Made by a program: the position numbers and the translations under genes
Notes under the pieces: generated by a model
Told to the model about the DNA's origin: nothing
Seen by the model: the letters and a program-made list of their open reading frames with translations, nothing else
Database searches by the model: none
NCBI GenBank assembly: GCA_001662655.1
Contig: KV460216.1
Source: Pseudogymnoascus verrucosus
Lineage: Eukaryota
Direction: 5' to 3' (one strand)
DNA length: 64,000 bases
In this document: positions 37,294-50,267 of the stretch, one piece after another
Numbering within the stretch: the stretch's first letter is position 1
Layout: each line of letters opens with the position of its first letter

Positions 37294-38864
37294 TTACGCA
37301 GCGTTCAACGGCTTGCGTGCCCAAACTCGTCTCCTAAAAGCATTGTTAGCATCAAGCAATTCCACCCCCCGCAAGAAACCGGAAAAAACTCACGTAAAAT
37401 GATAAATATGCAACCCCACCGCCGCCCCCTCCGTCAACTCCCTCCTCACCTTCGCCACATAAACCCTCACCTCATCCGCACTCCACGGCGTCGGCCTTCC
37501 ATGCTTCGTCAACAACCACATCGCCCACCCCTCCAGCCCACTCTTCCAATGCACCGCATTCACCCTTCCCGCATCCTTATACACCGGATGCTTCGGCCAC
37601 TCGCCAATGGGGCACTTATACAATTTCTCCCTGATCTCGGTGAACCCCGCCGCGGCGATCGAGTCGCGCATCGTGGTTTGGGTGTTTAGGGGGCGCCCGG
37701 CGTCGGAGGCGCAGTCGAGGAAGGTCTGGCCCCAGCCGGCCAGGAGGGAGTCGGGCTTGAGAGAGCCGTCGTCGGACATGACGCGTACGTCGAGCTCGAC
37801 TTGTTCTATCCAGCCGCCAGGTTGGAGGTTACTGGGGAGACGGTTAGTAGAGTGGACGGGTAAGCGGGGGGGGGGGGGCAGACGCACTCGTAGCATTGCC
37901 TGTAAAGCTTTGCCCACTCGTCTTGTTTGAAGGCGCCGAGGAGGAGGCGGAGATGGATCAGGTCGAACTTGTTGTTCCATGTCCAGTCTTGGGTGATGTC
38001 GTCTACTTCAAAGATGCAGTTGGGGGGGACCCAGGTTACGGGTGGGGGGTAGAGGTCAACCCCGTGGACGGTAACTAAGATACATCGTCAGCTCAGTGGG
38101 GACGTTGGCAGGCACATGTCGACCTACTCCCAGGAAACCTGTCGGCGACTTGAACGGCCCACGTTCCGTCTCCGGTGCCGAGGTCGATGATATGCTACTC
38201 GGAGGGTTAGCAGGCAGTCTCAACTGCGGAATGAGCATTGACTTACCTGAGCATTCGCCGGAATGGGGGAGCGGAAGAGGGTGTTCTCTTCCTGACAATC
38301 GAGGATCTGGTACACGAGGTGGCCAGCCTCGAAGGTCTCGAATTGCTGCTCGTCAGACGGTCCCCAGTACTTATCTTCTCTTACTGTCTGATAGCGCCTG
38401 CCATTCTCTATGTATCCCCTGTACATAGAGGACGCAATAGAGGTTGTCTCACTGCCGACTATTAGAGGGTGTTCTATCTGAAAAGGGGCTGCGCAGAGCA
38501 CTCACGATTGGGAGTCATCGCCACCATACGCGGAGTCCTCGTCATCCTGCGCGAGGGAAGGTAAGAAACGGCACCAAAGATGCTAGCAAGCATACATAGT
38601 ATAAGAACTCACGATCTCTACGAGTCCATCCTCCGGGAGTGGCTCCTGTGGTATCTCGGCGTATGCTGGAGCTGTTGGGGCTCCCGGGGATGAGGCTAGG
38701 GGAGGGGTTCTGGATTTGCCAGCAGACCCGACTGACGCCGGGGAGCTCGGTTTCGGTGGAGAGCTCGATTTGGCCGGAGAGCTAGGTTTCGGCGGAGAAG
38801 CAGAGATCTGCACCGGGGCCGACGCTGCCACGTTCTGAACGTCTGGGGATGCTGGATCCGTCAT
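37294..38864 (-). CDS. SAM-dependent methyltransferase, LaeA-like/TAM family, multi-exon
   Basis: SETTSIASS..ENGRRY..YWGPSDEQQ, IIDLGTGDGTW, GVDLYP, WVPPNC, LQPGGWIEQVE, CPIGEWP, VWARKP. Confidence 0.92.
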
Positions 38865-40027
38865 GTTAGAGTAGGATGAGGATGTGCGGCGTAGAGGCGT
38901 GGGCGCTTGACTCGTAAAAAGCCGGGCATATATGTAGGGTATGTAGGTATTTTAGTTTCCCCTCACCACTTTAGCGTCGGTTTTTTAATATTTGGTAAGA
39001 AGTGGCCAAGAAGTGGCTAAGAAGTAGCTGCCTATTAAAACAGGTTTTGTAGAAGGGACATAAGTCGCAGCTTCGCTCTGGTCACTTTAATGTATATTTT
39101 AGTATTTTATACGTAAACAAGTTGTAGAGTCGTATTTAGGATATTGTGATCACCTCAATAGTGAGATTTATCCCGTGTTGATGTCCCTTAGGGTGAGGTT
39201 CTAGCTTTATGGGGTATGCTAATGGAAGTATACTACCCTAAGAAAACTAAAGAAAACTCCCCCTTAGTACTTTCGTAGCTAGAGTTAGCTGGGGGTTAGC
39301 CGTAGGGGTTTGACCCACTAGAATGACAGCTACTAATGTAATTATTCGTTCTAGGTACCACCGTGCAGAGTACAGTACATAGAAGTAAGGTTGCTGAAAC
39401 CTGTAGTTTAATAGATAGTTTCGCAATCAAGAAGACGACGTGGAGAGTTATTTGTACGTACGTTAGAAGAGCTACCAAGAAGATTATAGAGAACACGAAG
39501 CCATTCCCTCCCTATCTCCTGCCTCCTTAGCAGGTCCAAACCATTTACTCTAGGACCGCACCGGTACCGGACCGTACCGCGGCGCACCGAGCGCTCATTG
39601 CCATGTGGAAGTTGTGGTTGTGGAATTACCTAACTAGGTATTACTTTACCCCACTCGTAACAGAAACTGCGTACTCCGCTCAATATTCAACTACATAACC
39701 CCTCTTTTACATACAGACACACAGATAACAGAGTAGTATCTGCAGCCAGTATGCTAGATTTCCAAGGATCCTCCGCGGACTACTAGGACTAACCCACGTG
39801 TTATCATCGTTCTAACATCCTAGGCTTACTGGACTCGTAACAGTTCCACATAACTTGCCTTAGTTAGTCTCCTACCAGTTATTTGTTCGTAACATTGAAA
39901 TAAAGTGGTCTCCCTGCTGTGTCACACACACTCTCTGATTATCCATCTCCATCCCCTCACATTCGCCTCCAGTCTGTCGGGTTTCAACAATCAAATCAAC
40001 CACCATCATTCACTGCCGCTGCCCACC

Positions 40028-40729
40028 ATGACAGCCACCAACACTGATCCTCTCCCCTCCCGGATCCTCGCCGGCGTATCAATCCCCGACACCCCCCTCA
40101 TCGCCAAGGCCCTCGAGTTCGCGCGCGCCCACAGCGACGACTTCGCCTACAACCACATCATCCGCTCCATGCTTTTGGGGTTCATCATCAGCGCTAAGAT
40201 CCCGTCCATCGCCGATCGCGACCTCGAGGTCCACGCCGTCGCGGCCCTTCTGCACGACATCGGCTGGGACCCAACCGGCGAGCTGGTGTCGGAGGATAAG
40301 CGCTTCGAGGTCGACGGCGCGAATGCCGCGCGGGACTTCCTCCATCGCGAGGTCCCGCACTGGGATAAGCATCGCGTGCAGCTGGTCTGGGATGCGATCG
40401 CGTTGCATACTATTGGCTCGGTGGTGTTCTATAAGGAGGCGGAGGTGCAGGCGTCCAGTTATGGGATTTGGGCCGATTTTCAGGGGCCGGATCGCGTGCA
40501 GGGGGGCTTGTTGACGTGGGAGGAGTATAATAAGGTTGTGGAGGAGTTTCCGAGGTTGGAGCTGATGGCGAACTTGAAGAAGGTGATGTGTCACTTGTGT
40601 GTTACGAAGCCGCAGACGACTTATGATAATACTGTTGGAGAGTGGGGTGATAAGTATGTTGATACTTATGATCGCAAGGGGAAGCTGACCCAGGATCTGT
40701 TGGATACGTGCGATCTCGACTCGAGGTAG
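40028..40729 (+). CDS. HD-domain metal-dependent hydrolase (cyanamide hydratase-like)
   Basis: Intronless; IPDTPL, YNHIIRS, AALLHDIG, RFEVDGANAARDFL, VWDAIALHT, KPQTTYDN. Confidence 0.88.
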   Translation: MTATNTDPLPSRILAGVSIPDTPLIAKALEFARAHSDDFAYNHIIRSMLLGFIISAKIPSIADRDLEVHAVAALLHDIGWDPTGELVSEDKRFEVDGANAARDFLHREVPHWDKHRVQLVWDAIALHTIGSVVFYKEAEVQASSYGIWADFQGPDRVQGGLLTWEEYNKVVEEFPRLELMANLKKVMCHLCVTKPQTTYDNTVGEWGDKYVDTYDRKGKLTQDLLDTCDLDSR

Positions 40730-41200
40730 TCGTGGAATAGCGTTGCTTTTCATCGTGGCTTCATGAATTACGATTAGCTAGGAGGATCAACTGGAGACTT
40801 TACGAACGATTGTGAAAGGTCACTTTTAGTCATTAGTTTACGAATAATTATAACGATCAATCCAACTCAAGCCCCTTCTATGCGTGTGCATGGTACAAGG
40901 TTATCATTGTGATAACGCATCTTAATACAAGTGGGATTGATATCTGTTTACTAGTTCAAGCACTGCGTATCTAATAGATCTAAGACCTAACAATGATTCT
41001 TTCTTATTCATCAACTATTATCATGTAGATTGTAATTTAAATGATAGTATCTCAACATGAATGGAGTAGTATTTAATATAAATGGCTCGAAAATGAAACC
41101 TCCTCTTTTCGCCAAAATGCAACGCCGCTGAAGACTCAAAAAGGAAAATAACAAGCCGGCAATCCAACTGCTGCATCTACCTCATCAGCACCTCTCATTT

Positions 41201-43028
41201 CTATCTTCTGCAAACCTGACCATGTACCAACCCCCACACAGCCCTTGTATAGCACTTCACCCCTCCCTTAGCCATCCACACCGCCACAGCCACCCCAATC
41301 ACCGGCACCACCAGCGCCCCGGCAGCCAAAATCACATTCCCCTGATGCCGACTCGCCTCCACAACCTCACTATACCTCATATTCCCAAAGCTAACCCTCG
41401 AATACTGCGTCGCCCACCCCAGCGCCGGGAAATACTGACTCAGCGTCTCCTCCAAGCGCTTCCTCAGCTTGTAAAGCGGGGACACAACACCCTCGCGCAT
41501 CTCGACGTAGTTAGCCAGCGCGAGGGCACCGATGGCTGCTGCGTCGGGGGCGCGGAGGGCGGTGTAACGGTCTAGTGATTCTGGGGTTGGGGTGATGGAG
41601 GGGGGAAGGAGGTCGAAGAGGACGCGCACGTCTTCGAGGCCAGCGTTCATGCCCTGGCCGTAGAAGGGGACCATAGCGTGTGCAGCGTCACCGAGGATGA
41701 CGGCCGAGGCGCGGAAGTGGTAAGGGGAGCAGGTGAGGGAGATCAAGGGGAGGTGGGGGTTTGCCTCGAACTGGGCTATGAGAGAGGCAGGGGGGATGAG
41801 GGCGGTGACGCCGGGGAAGGAGGCGTTGAAGAAGGCGGGGATGGTGGAGGGGTCGGTGGCGAGGCAGGAGAACTCGCCAGAGGGGAGGAAGAGTGTGCAG
41901 GTGAAGGAGCCGTCGAGGGAGGGGATCGCGATGAACATCCTGTCGCTGCCGGGCCAGATGTGGAGGTGGTTGGGGGAGATGGCGTGTTTGGAGGTTGAGG
42001 TGGGGTTGGCTTTTGGGGTGATGGTGAATTCGCACCAGAGCGTGTCGATGTACTCTTGCCTGTAGTCCATGCGTGTGTACTTCATAAGGTGGTAGCGGGT
42101 GGCGGAGTGGGCACCGTCGGCGCCGATGAGGAGGTCGAAGGTGATTTCGATTTCTTGCGTTTCGCCGGCGGGGGATTTTGTCTCGAGCCAGGCTTTGTTG
42201 TCGGCGAAGTTTGCGCCGACGAGCTTGTGGTTGAAGAAGATCTTCACGTTGGGCATTGATTCTAGCTCGTCAAGGAGGTGCTTGTTCAGTCCGCCACGGT
42301 CAACGGCGAAAATGGTCTGACGATGTTAGAAGGGTTTGATAGGGATGTGAGATGACTTACCCTGCCGTGGATATCGTAGTCCTGGGCTTCTTCGTAGATG
42401 CTTCCCGAAGCTTTCTTGCCGTGGATCATACGGCCTCGCATGGGGATGGTGTCGGCCATGATGCGCTCAAGTAAGCCGTCTCTTCCACTGGCCCGCAGGG
42501 AATTGATCCCACGCTCGGAGAGGGCGAGATTGATGGACCGGGTAAAATTCAACGGTGTTGTTGAAGGGTCGCGGAGATCTGTTACGTATTAGATTCTGCC
42601 TCGGAGAGATGAAAATGCACGTAGTTCCTGCATGACTGGGAACTCTCAAAATGAGATGCTTCTCGAATCGGCACAAAACCATGACAAAACCCCAATGGAT
42701 GACAAAGGAACATAGCAACTGCGTATAAAAAAGAATATATATTCGTAGGCGATAGATAATAAATGATATAATTACCATTGCGTAGCTCATACACCTCCAC
42801 CTCAAAGCCCCGTTCAGCCGCATATATGGCGGCCAGCGCTCCCACCGGCCCCGCGCCGACGACGACAATCTTGCTCTTTGTCCCCGATTCATGCTGATTT
42901 TGGCTTTCCCGACCATCCGAGACAGAATCCGAACCCCGAGAGCCCGTGACCGTCGATGTCACGCCTGGCTGGTGCTGCTCTGAGTCTGAGCCGAGGTCTG
43001 ACTCGACGATGGAATATGAAGAATCCAT
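41201..43028 (-). CDS. BNA4: Kynurenine 3-monooxygenase (introns 42579-42775, ~42316-42360)
   Basis: [11 protein letters not shown] motif, [56 protein letters not shown]. Confidence 0.96.
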
Positions 43029-43516
43029 GGTGCGAATAATAAGTATGTGCGTATAGACAAAATATATACAGAAAAAGAAAAGGAAACAGATGGGAAATGA
43101 CGGAGCTTTAAGCAAATATTGTTACGCAAACCATGGCGTGTCACTCGGGGCAAAAGATGAGGCCGATGACACTCCGATGAGTAAACTTTAAACAAGCTTT
43201 AAAACGTGCCAAGCCATTTTATTCTAGCCTCGTGGAAATTGTTCAGCCTCGTCATGATTTTGTCAGCCTTGCGGATGTTTTCAGCCGACTCAGCCTTGTG
43301 TGGCTAAGTCAGCAAATATTGTGGCGCAAAATGTTGGTCGGCTGAAGGAACTTCTGGTTTTGGAAGTTGTCTTGGGGAAGGCGCAACGCTTTGCATCGGA
43401 AAGGAATAATCTTCACTGAACATACTTAACTCCACAGACTACAGCGGGAGATCAGGCATACATAGGATATATTCGATATCCAGTTTTGTATAGCTCTACG
43501 CCCCATCGCCAGCAAT

Positions 43517-44903
43517 ATGACTGCAACCACGGACCAAAAGCGCATGTGCATCGGCGCCGACTGCCCCAACGAGGCTGGCACTCTGCAATGCCCGACGTGC
43601 TTGAAGCTTGATATCAAGGATAGCTTTTTCTGCTCGCAGGATTGCTTCAAGAAGAATTGGGTATGTGAACTCCATGGCTCTTCTTTCATGCCCCACGCGA
43701 CACCAACGAGTACAAAACTAACACGCACCCCGCAGTCCACCCACAAGACCGCCCACAAGTCAAGTAACTTCCTCCGAAACCTCATAGTGCCTGGTGTCGT
43801 ATCTAAACCGGATCCCATTACAGGTCTCTTCAATCCCTTCCCCACCTACCCCTTCGCAGGGCCCCTCAGGCCTGTATACCCGCTGTCTGAGACACGAACC
43901 CTCCCCGCATCGATACCCCGCCCCGACTACGCCAGAGATGGCATCCCAAGGAGCGAGCGCGCGCAGGGACGCCAAAAGATCGAGATTCTAGACAAGGCAG
44001 CACAGGATGGGATGCGCAAGGTGTGCCGGTTGGCGAGAGAGGTCCTGGATATTGCGGCTGCGGCGGCGGTTCCTGGCGTCACGACTGACCACATCGATGA
44101 GATCGTCCACAACGCCTGCATCGAGAGAAACGTATGCCATTATACCCCATGTTTGTAGGAACATTTGCTGACGTCTACGCAGTCATACCCCTCGCCACTG
44201 AACTACTGCCACTTCCCGAAATCCGTATGCACCTCCCTTAACGAAATTATCTGCCACGGCATTCCCGATAAGCGCGTCCTGGTCGACGGCGACATCCTCA
44301 ACATCGACGTCACCCTCTACCACGGCGGCTACCACGGTGACCTCAACGAGACATACTACATCGGCGAGAAGGCTCGTAACGATCCCGACTCCGTCCGTGT
44401 TGTTGAGGCAGCACGCACCTGCCTGAACGACGCCATTGCGATGGTCAAGCCCGGCGTCCTCTTCCGCGACTTCGGAACTGCGATCGACAAGCACGCCAAG
44501 TCGCAAAAATGCGACGTCGTCAAGGCGTACGTCGGCCACGGCATCAACAGCCTGTTCCATTGCGCACCGAACATTCCGCATTACAAGAACAACAAGGCGG
44601 TTGGGCAGGCGAAGGAGGGAATGTGCTTTACGATCGAGCCTATGATCAACCTGGGGTCGCACAGGGATAAGACCTGGCCAGATGACTGGACCAGCACGAC
44701 GGCGGACGGAAAGAGGTCTGCACAGTTTGGTAGGTGTTGCGGATGTGATATTTGTGTACTTGGCTGACTTTCTTATAGAACACACACTTTTGGTGACAGC
44801 GGATGGAGTGGAGGTTCTCACGGCAAGGTTACCAAACTCACCTGGCGGCCCGGTGCCAATGCCAGTCGTAGAAAAGGTAGAGAATGGGACAAAAGCAGAG
44901 TAG
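43517..44903 (+). CDS. MAP1: Methionine aminopeptidase 1 (multi-exon)
   Basis: N-terminal zinc finger [57 protein letters not shown]. Confidence 0.96.
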
Positions 44904-45666
44904 TGGCAGTGTCATGTTATGCCTTTGGTGGTTTGGTCGGCACGGGGCGGTCCCACAGTGTAAATAGCTGAAATCAGGGGAATTAACTGAGCCACTGAAC
45001 CCTTAGACTGCCTCAAGACATGACGGTTGACAGTTCGTTTGAAGTCTGACGTAGATATGAAGTATGAACCTACTCAGGTACACACAAAAACTCACCATTA
45101 TGAACAAAATACAACAATAAAGAGTGAAGAATTGATCGTCCCTTGCATATCTTCACGTGCAGTAATATTTGCCCCCTATTACCCCCAAAAACCAACAAAA
45201 ATGAAAAAATATGAGGTGGCTGGTGGCAGTGCACTGTAAGGGTTTAGTAGTGTGGCTGGCTCCTGCACCGCACCGGAAGGCGAAGATTCTCCATCGCCCG
45301 TGCGCGCCAAAACACCCATTTCATCATCTCGGCCTCGAGCTACCCAACCAAGCTTTCCACCGCCTCACGCTTCCTCCTCGTCGCAACTCCCACCAACGCC
45401 CACGAGAACTCCTAGAGAAGAATACGATATTCTCGCCGAATCTCCATCTCCTCCCGTCTATCTTCAGCTTTCCGTTCCGAGTCCGAAGCCCGCGAACGAC
45501 CAACACCCCCGCGTCATCACAGCTTCATCACCAACAGGAGTCACGAATCGCAAGTCGAAAGGGAGGGAAGAGAAGAAGAGACGAAGCTTCGCTGTGAGAA
45601 AAAAGGGACATATACACATCTCTAGCCCGCACGCGATCCCGCTAGGAAACTTATCTGCCTATCATG

Positions 45667-46342
45667 ATGTCCGGCGAGGCCTGGTTATACCTGTTGGCGG
45701 TCATTATCAATGCCGTCAACCTGTTCCTGCAGGTCTTCTTCACTATCATGTACAGTGATCTCGAGTGGTGAGTTTCCTCCGCACCCTGGACTCGGTTTCT
45801 TGGCGCAGCACGCGCCGAGAGGGGGTCATACACTGTGAGTGCTGGACTGACTGGGCGTAGTGACTACATCAACCCGATCGACCTCTGCAACCGCCTTAAC
45901 ACATATATTATCCCCGAGGCTGCGGTGCATGGATTCCTGACTTTCCTCTTCCTCATCAATGGCTACTGGGTTGCGCTCATCCTCAACCTGCCGCTCCTGG
46001 CATACAACGTGAACAAGTACGTCACCCCGTCTGCCTGCGTGGCATCGTACTCTGGGTGGGGTTTGGGACTAACACGCGCGCAGGATCGTGAGCAACTCGC
46101 ATCTCCTGGATGCGACTGAGATCTTCCGTAAGCTGAATGTGCACAAGAGGGTATGTGGAGCTCCTATCTACCGACACGACATCTGCTAACACGACCAGGA
46201 ATCCTTCTCCAAGCTTGGTTTCCACCTCATTATGTTCTTCTTCTATCTTTACAGGTATGCTCGAACCAACCCATTTCACAATAAACTTAAACTAACACCA
46301 CGCAGCATGATTGTCGCCCTTATCCGCGACGAGACGCACTAA
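45667..46342 (+). CDS. ERV14: Cornichon ER cargo receptor (5 exons)
   Basis: [47 protein letters not shown]...[32 protein letters not shown]. Confidence 0.95.
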
Positions 46343-46859
46343 ATAGCGGACACGTTCTAGACGGGACAGCGATGAATGAATGATGTGCTTGGAAATGTTG
46401 GGATAATGACTGAGGACAGCGGGCATCATAGCGAGAGCTTGTCTGTGCGGAGGATCGTAATGTGAGAAGTGTTGTGAGAGAGAAAGTCGGAGTCGGAGTC
46501 GCGGGGTCGAGCGAGGAGAATTGGAGGATATCTGTGTGTGGGTACGGTACGGAGTAGTTATATGCGATATATAGCTGGAAGGGGACGGTACAGCGATTGG
46601 GGGCGCGATAGATGGGATGAAGTTGTGAATATGAATGGTATTATGTATGCATTTACAGCAGTGTATCGTTTCTCTTAAATCCGTTTTGACAGCGTCACTC
46701 CCCATAGCTCAAGCCCTCGTGGGCGAGATTCTGATAACAGCAAACCGATCACGTGACCACTTATTTATCGCCGCGAACCTCTCAGCCAACCTTAAATTTC
46801 CTGAGTCCAGAACGTCAACATCCACAGCTCTCCCAAACAACCTCACACCACACACAACC

Positions 46860-48443
46860 ATGGCGGACCTCAACGCCTACCCAGCGGACATGGCGCCCCA
46901 AAACGCGCTGGTCGCGCGCCAGCTCTCCGGCCCCGACCACGCCGTCGTACCCTACAGCGCCGAAAACCTGTCGCGCCCCACGCAAGGGCCCGCGAACCCA
47001 TTTAAAGACGACGTGAATAGCTTGAAGCGCAAGAACGTGCCGACGGGGTTCGCGCAGGAGACGTACATGAGCGAACATACGTTCCGGTCGCAGCAGCTTG
47101 CTGGGGTGAGGGGCGCGAGGGGGGGGATGACGGGCCCGGAACTGAAGGCGGAGGCGGAGCGGATAAAGGCGAAGAGGATGAAGAGGGGGGATGCGCTGGT
47201 GGTGGAGGGGGAGGGGGAGTATGTTGGGCCGTGGGCGGGGTATAAGAGGGCGGAGTATGAGGAGAGGGATGCGGAGGATGGGGGGGAGTTGGGGAGCGGG
47301 GAGGAGTATGAGGAGGTTACGGATGAGGAGGGGGTGGTGGAGAGTGGGACGGTGGTGAAGGCGCTGCCGCAGGCTGTGGCGAAGAGGAAGGAGGAGGAGG
47401 GACAAGGGGGGGAGACGACGACGTTTCATGGGGAGGAGGAACGCGATTATCAGGGCAGGACGTATATGCATGTTCCGCAGGACTTGGATGTGGATCTGAG
47501 GAAGGAGGAGGGAAGCATCAAGAACTTCGTGCCGAAGAAGTTGATACATACGTGGAAGGGACATACCAAGCCTGTCGTGGCGCTGCGCTTCTTCCCGAGC
47601 AGCGGACATGTCATGCTCAGCGCCAGCGCGGACTCGACTGTCAAGCTATGGGACGTTTACCACCAGCGCGAGCTCCTGCGTACGTTCTCCGGCCACACCA
47701 AGGCGCTGTCGGATATCACTTTCAACACTTCCGGCTCGCAATTCCTCTCCGCATCATATGATCGCATGATCAAGCTCTGGGACACCGAGACGGGCCAATG
47801 CATCAACCGCTTCACGACGGGCAAGACCCCGCACGTGGTGCGCTTCAACCCCGACCCGGAGAACGCGCACGAGTTCCTGGCTGGTATGAGCGATAAGAAG
47901 ATCGTGCAGTTCGATACGCGCACGCGCGCCATCGTGCAGGAGTACGATCACCATCTCGCAGCTGTCAATACGCTCACCTTCGTCGACGAGGCGAGGCGCT
48001 TCATCTCGACGTCTGATGATAAGAGTTTAAGAGCCTGGGACTACCATATACCCGTCCCGATCAAGTACGTTGCTGAGCCATACATGTACCCTCTCGTGCG
48101 CTCGTACGCCCATCCGAACGGCAAGGCGGTGCTGTTCCAGAGCGCGGATAACCAGATCGTGGTATACGCTGCTGGGGACAAGTTCAGGCAGAACAGGAAG
48201 AAGGTGTACAAGGGGCACAACAACGCGGGATACGCGATTGATGTTGTGGTGAGCCCTGATGGGCAGTTCGTGGCCAGTGGTGATAGTGGGGGTTATGTGT
48301 GCGTGTGGGACTGGAAGACGTGTAAGATGTGGCATAAGATTAAGGTTGCCGAGGGGGCGGTGACGGCGCTGGCGTGGCAGCCGCAGGAGAGTAGTCGTGT
48401 GGCGGCGGCAGGGTTGGATGGGAAGATTAGGTATTTTGATTAA
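46860..48443 (+). CDS. PRP17: Pre-mRNA splicing factor, WD40
   Basis: DYQGRTYMHVP, PKKLIHTWKGH, seven WD repeats, QEYDHHL, FQSADNQI, WDWKT. Confidence 0.95.
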   Translation: MADLNAYPADMAPQNALVARQLSGPDHAVVPYSAENLSRPTQGPANPFKDDVNSLKRKNVPTGFAQETYMSEHTFRSQQLAGVRGARGGMTGPELKAEAERIKAKRMKRGDALVVEGEGEYVGPWAGYKRAEYEERDAEDGGELGSGEEYEEVTDEEGVVESGTVVKALPQAVAKRKEEEGQGGETTTFHGEEERDYQGRTYMHVPQDLDVDLRKEEGSIKNFVPKKLIHTWKGHTKPVVALRFFPSSGHVMLSASADSTVKLWDVYHQRELLRTFSGHTKALSDITFNTSGSQFLSASYDRMIKLWDTETGQCINRFTTGKTPHVVRFNPDPENAHEFLAGMSDKKIVQFDTRTRAIVQEYDHHLAAVNTLTFVDEARRFISTSDDKSLRAWDYHIPVPIKYVAEPYMYPLVRSYAHPNGKAVLFQSADNQIVVYAAGDKFRQNRKKVYKGHNNAGYAIDVVVSPDGQFVASGDSGGYVCVWDWKTCKMWHKIKVAEGAVTALAWQPQESSRVAAAGLDGKIRYFD

Positions 48444-50267
48444 TGGAAAAGGGATGAGATTGGGATTGTGAGCATATGGTGGTGGGATTGCAGATGGCGT
48501 TTTCGGGCAGCGGGAGGGAAGGGGGTTACATGTAATTCTAAGCGTTGCTCTGAGGGTAGTTCTTGAAGCTAGACTACTTTACCCTAAGGATGAAATCTAG
48601 ATATGATATTGGCAAGCACGCTACTGTCTTGACGCATCGCGACTACCGTCTCTAACATGTTTGGTTTGTCATCAAACGTAGAGGAGGAAGGGGCGACTGG
48701 GTTGACTCTCAACCATAGATGAGGAAGGAGCGAAGAGCAGATTCCCAATACTCGAACAGCAGGAGCCTCAAGGCCCTTTCCAATATCCTCGAGATCAGCC
48801 TTTCTCTAGTCCGTCTCTGCCGCGCAGGCCACGAAACGCGAAGGAGCGAGCCGTGTTATATCCACAGTACTGAGGAAAATTGCACTTAGCAAACAATAAG
48901 CAGCGGCCCAACCCAACGCCGCCACACTCTCTCTACCAGTTTTCCCGTCATAAGGCGTCCTAGCGGTGAGTGCGGCTCCTGCAGGCATACCATACTTGGC
49001 CATAGCGGCGCCAATTCGATCCTGCCGGCTCGTGCGGCGCTGTTGGGACCAATTGGTAGCGGTGTGGCGTGGGGTAGTGGGTGGTTGAAACGGGATGGGG
49101 GGATTAGGAATCTTTTTCTGTCGCTGTGGGGTGGGAGGGGAGGGGGGGTGGGGGGAGGAAGTGGTTGGGGATATGGATCAGCGGTTTGGGATGGGCGGGG
49201 GAGATGAGGTGGGATGAGATGAGATGAGATGATGGAGGAGAGGGGGGTAAGCGCGTAGACGCAGTACGTAAGTAAGGCTTTGTTGGTTTTACTGTCTTCG
49301 TCTTCATCTTCGAGGAGGGGTGATGGAGAGGAAGGGAGGCTGTAGGGAATATTCCGCCATATCACGAGTATAATCAGAATGTAATCAGAATAGAATATAC
49401 TATCCCTATAGAAGATTAGAAGAAGAGGAGGCTGGTATCTCTGGCGCCAATATCAAAATAAATATCAAACTAGTCGACCAGTCCCAGTCTCCAGTCCTGA
49501 GGGATTGCGGCTGTGAATATATTTCTATATTTAGCTCCCCGGCTGTCACCGTCCATTGGGTCCACCAGGGGTCAAATCCCACGCACACCATAGTACCTAG
49601 CCTGTCATAGCTAGTTACTTCCAATTTAGCGTGCATGCCACCAACAACTTCAGTACCATCCTAAGTACCTGTCCATGATGTCTTGGCGAGGGGGAGAGCT
49701 GGCTGACGCTAGCCGGACTGGTTGACGCCGTAAGCCCTACCGCCGCAGACGAGAGAGGACCTTTCGCGCTTCGATTCCCGTAGGATTACTAGACTTCCTT
49801 CTCTCCTTCTTCTTCTTATTGTCATGTATTCTGCTTCTACTTCTGCTTCTTTGAGCCTTCTGTACGCGCTGTTGTTGTGAATTGAGCTTGCTATTGTTGT
49901 GCTGAGCGGGAGAACGGCAAGCTGTGCTACTATTGTGCATACGGCTGGACCCTGGGCTTTTTCAGCTGGAGGTGTCAGCCTTGGGCGTGTCAGCCTGAAG
50001 AAGGACGACGACGACGACGACGTGGAACGAGTTGAGAGGAGGATTGTGGATTAATAGGAGGAAGGAGAAGAGAAGGAAAATATCCGGACAGAGACGCGTT
50101 GAGGTCAACGACAGCAGATATACCCGGACGCTGTGAGGAGGACAGTAATACCCGAAGTCTGAGAGCCCAAGATACACGATATCGACGATTCGAGATACTC
50201 GGAACAAGAGCTCGACAAAGACAAAACAGGGACAAGATCCCACGGTCCATATACACACAGTGTCACC

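Noticed and set aside
42579..42775. Stwintron in BNA4 intron 1
   Set aside because: Removing the putative inner intron does not create a canonical donor, and simple splicing already restores the frame.
21458..43028. Secondary-metabolite cluster (MFS transporters, methyltransferase, monooxygenase)
   Set aside because: No backbone synthase, the genes are interspersed with housekeeping genes, and the monooxygenase is primary-metabolism BNA4.
48600..49400. RNase P/MRP RNA or small ORFs in the long intergenic region
   Set aside because: Conserved P4 motifs were not found, and the ORFs are low-complexity products of G/C runs.
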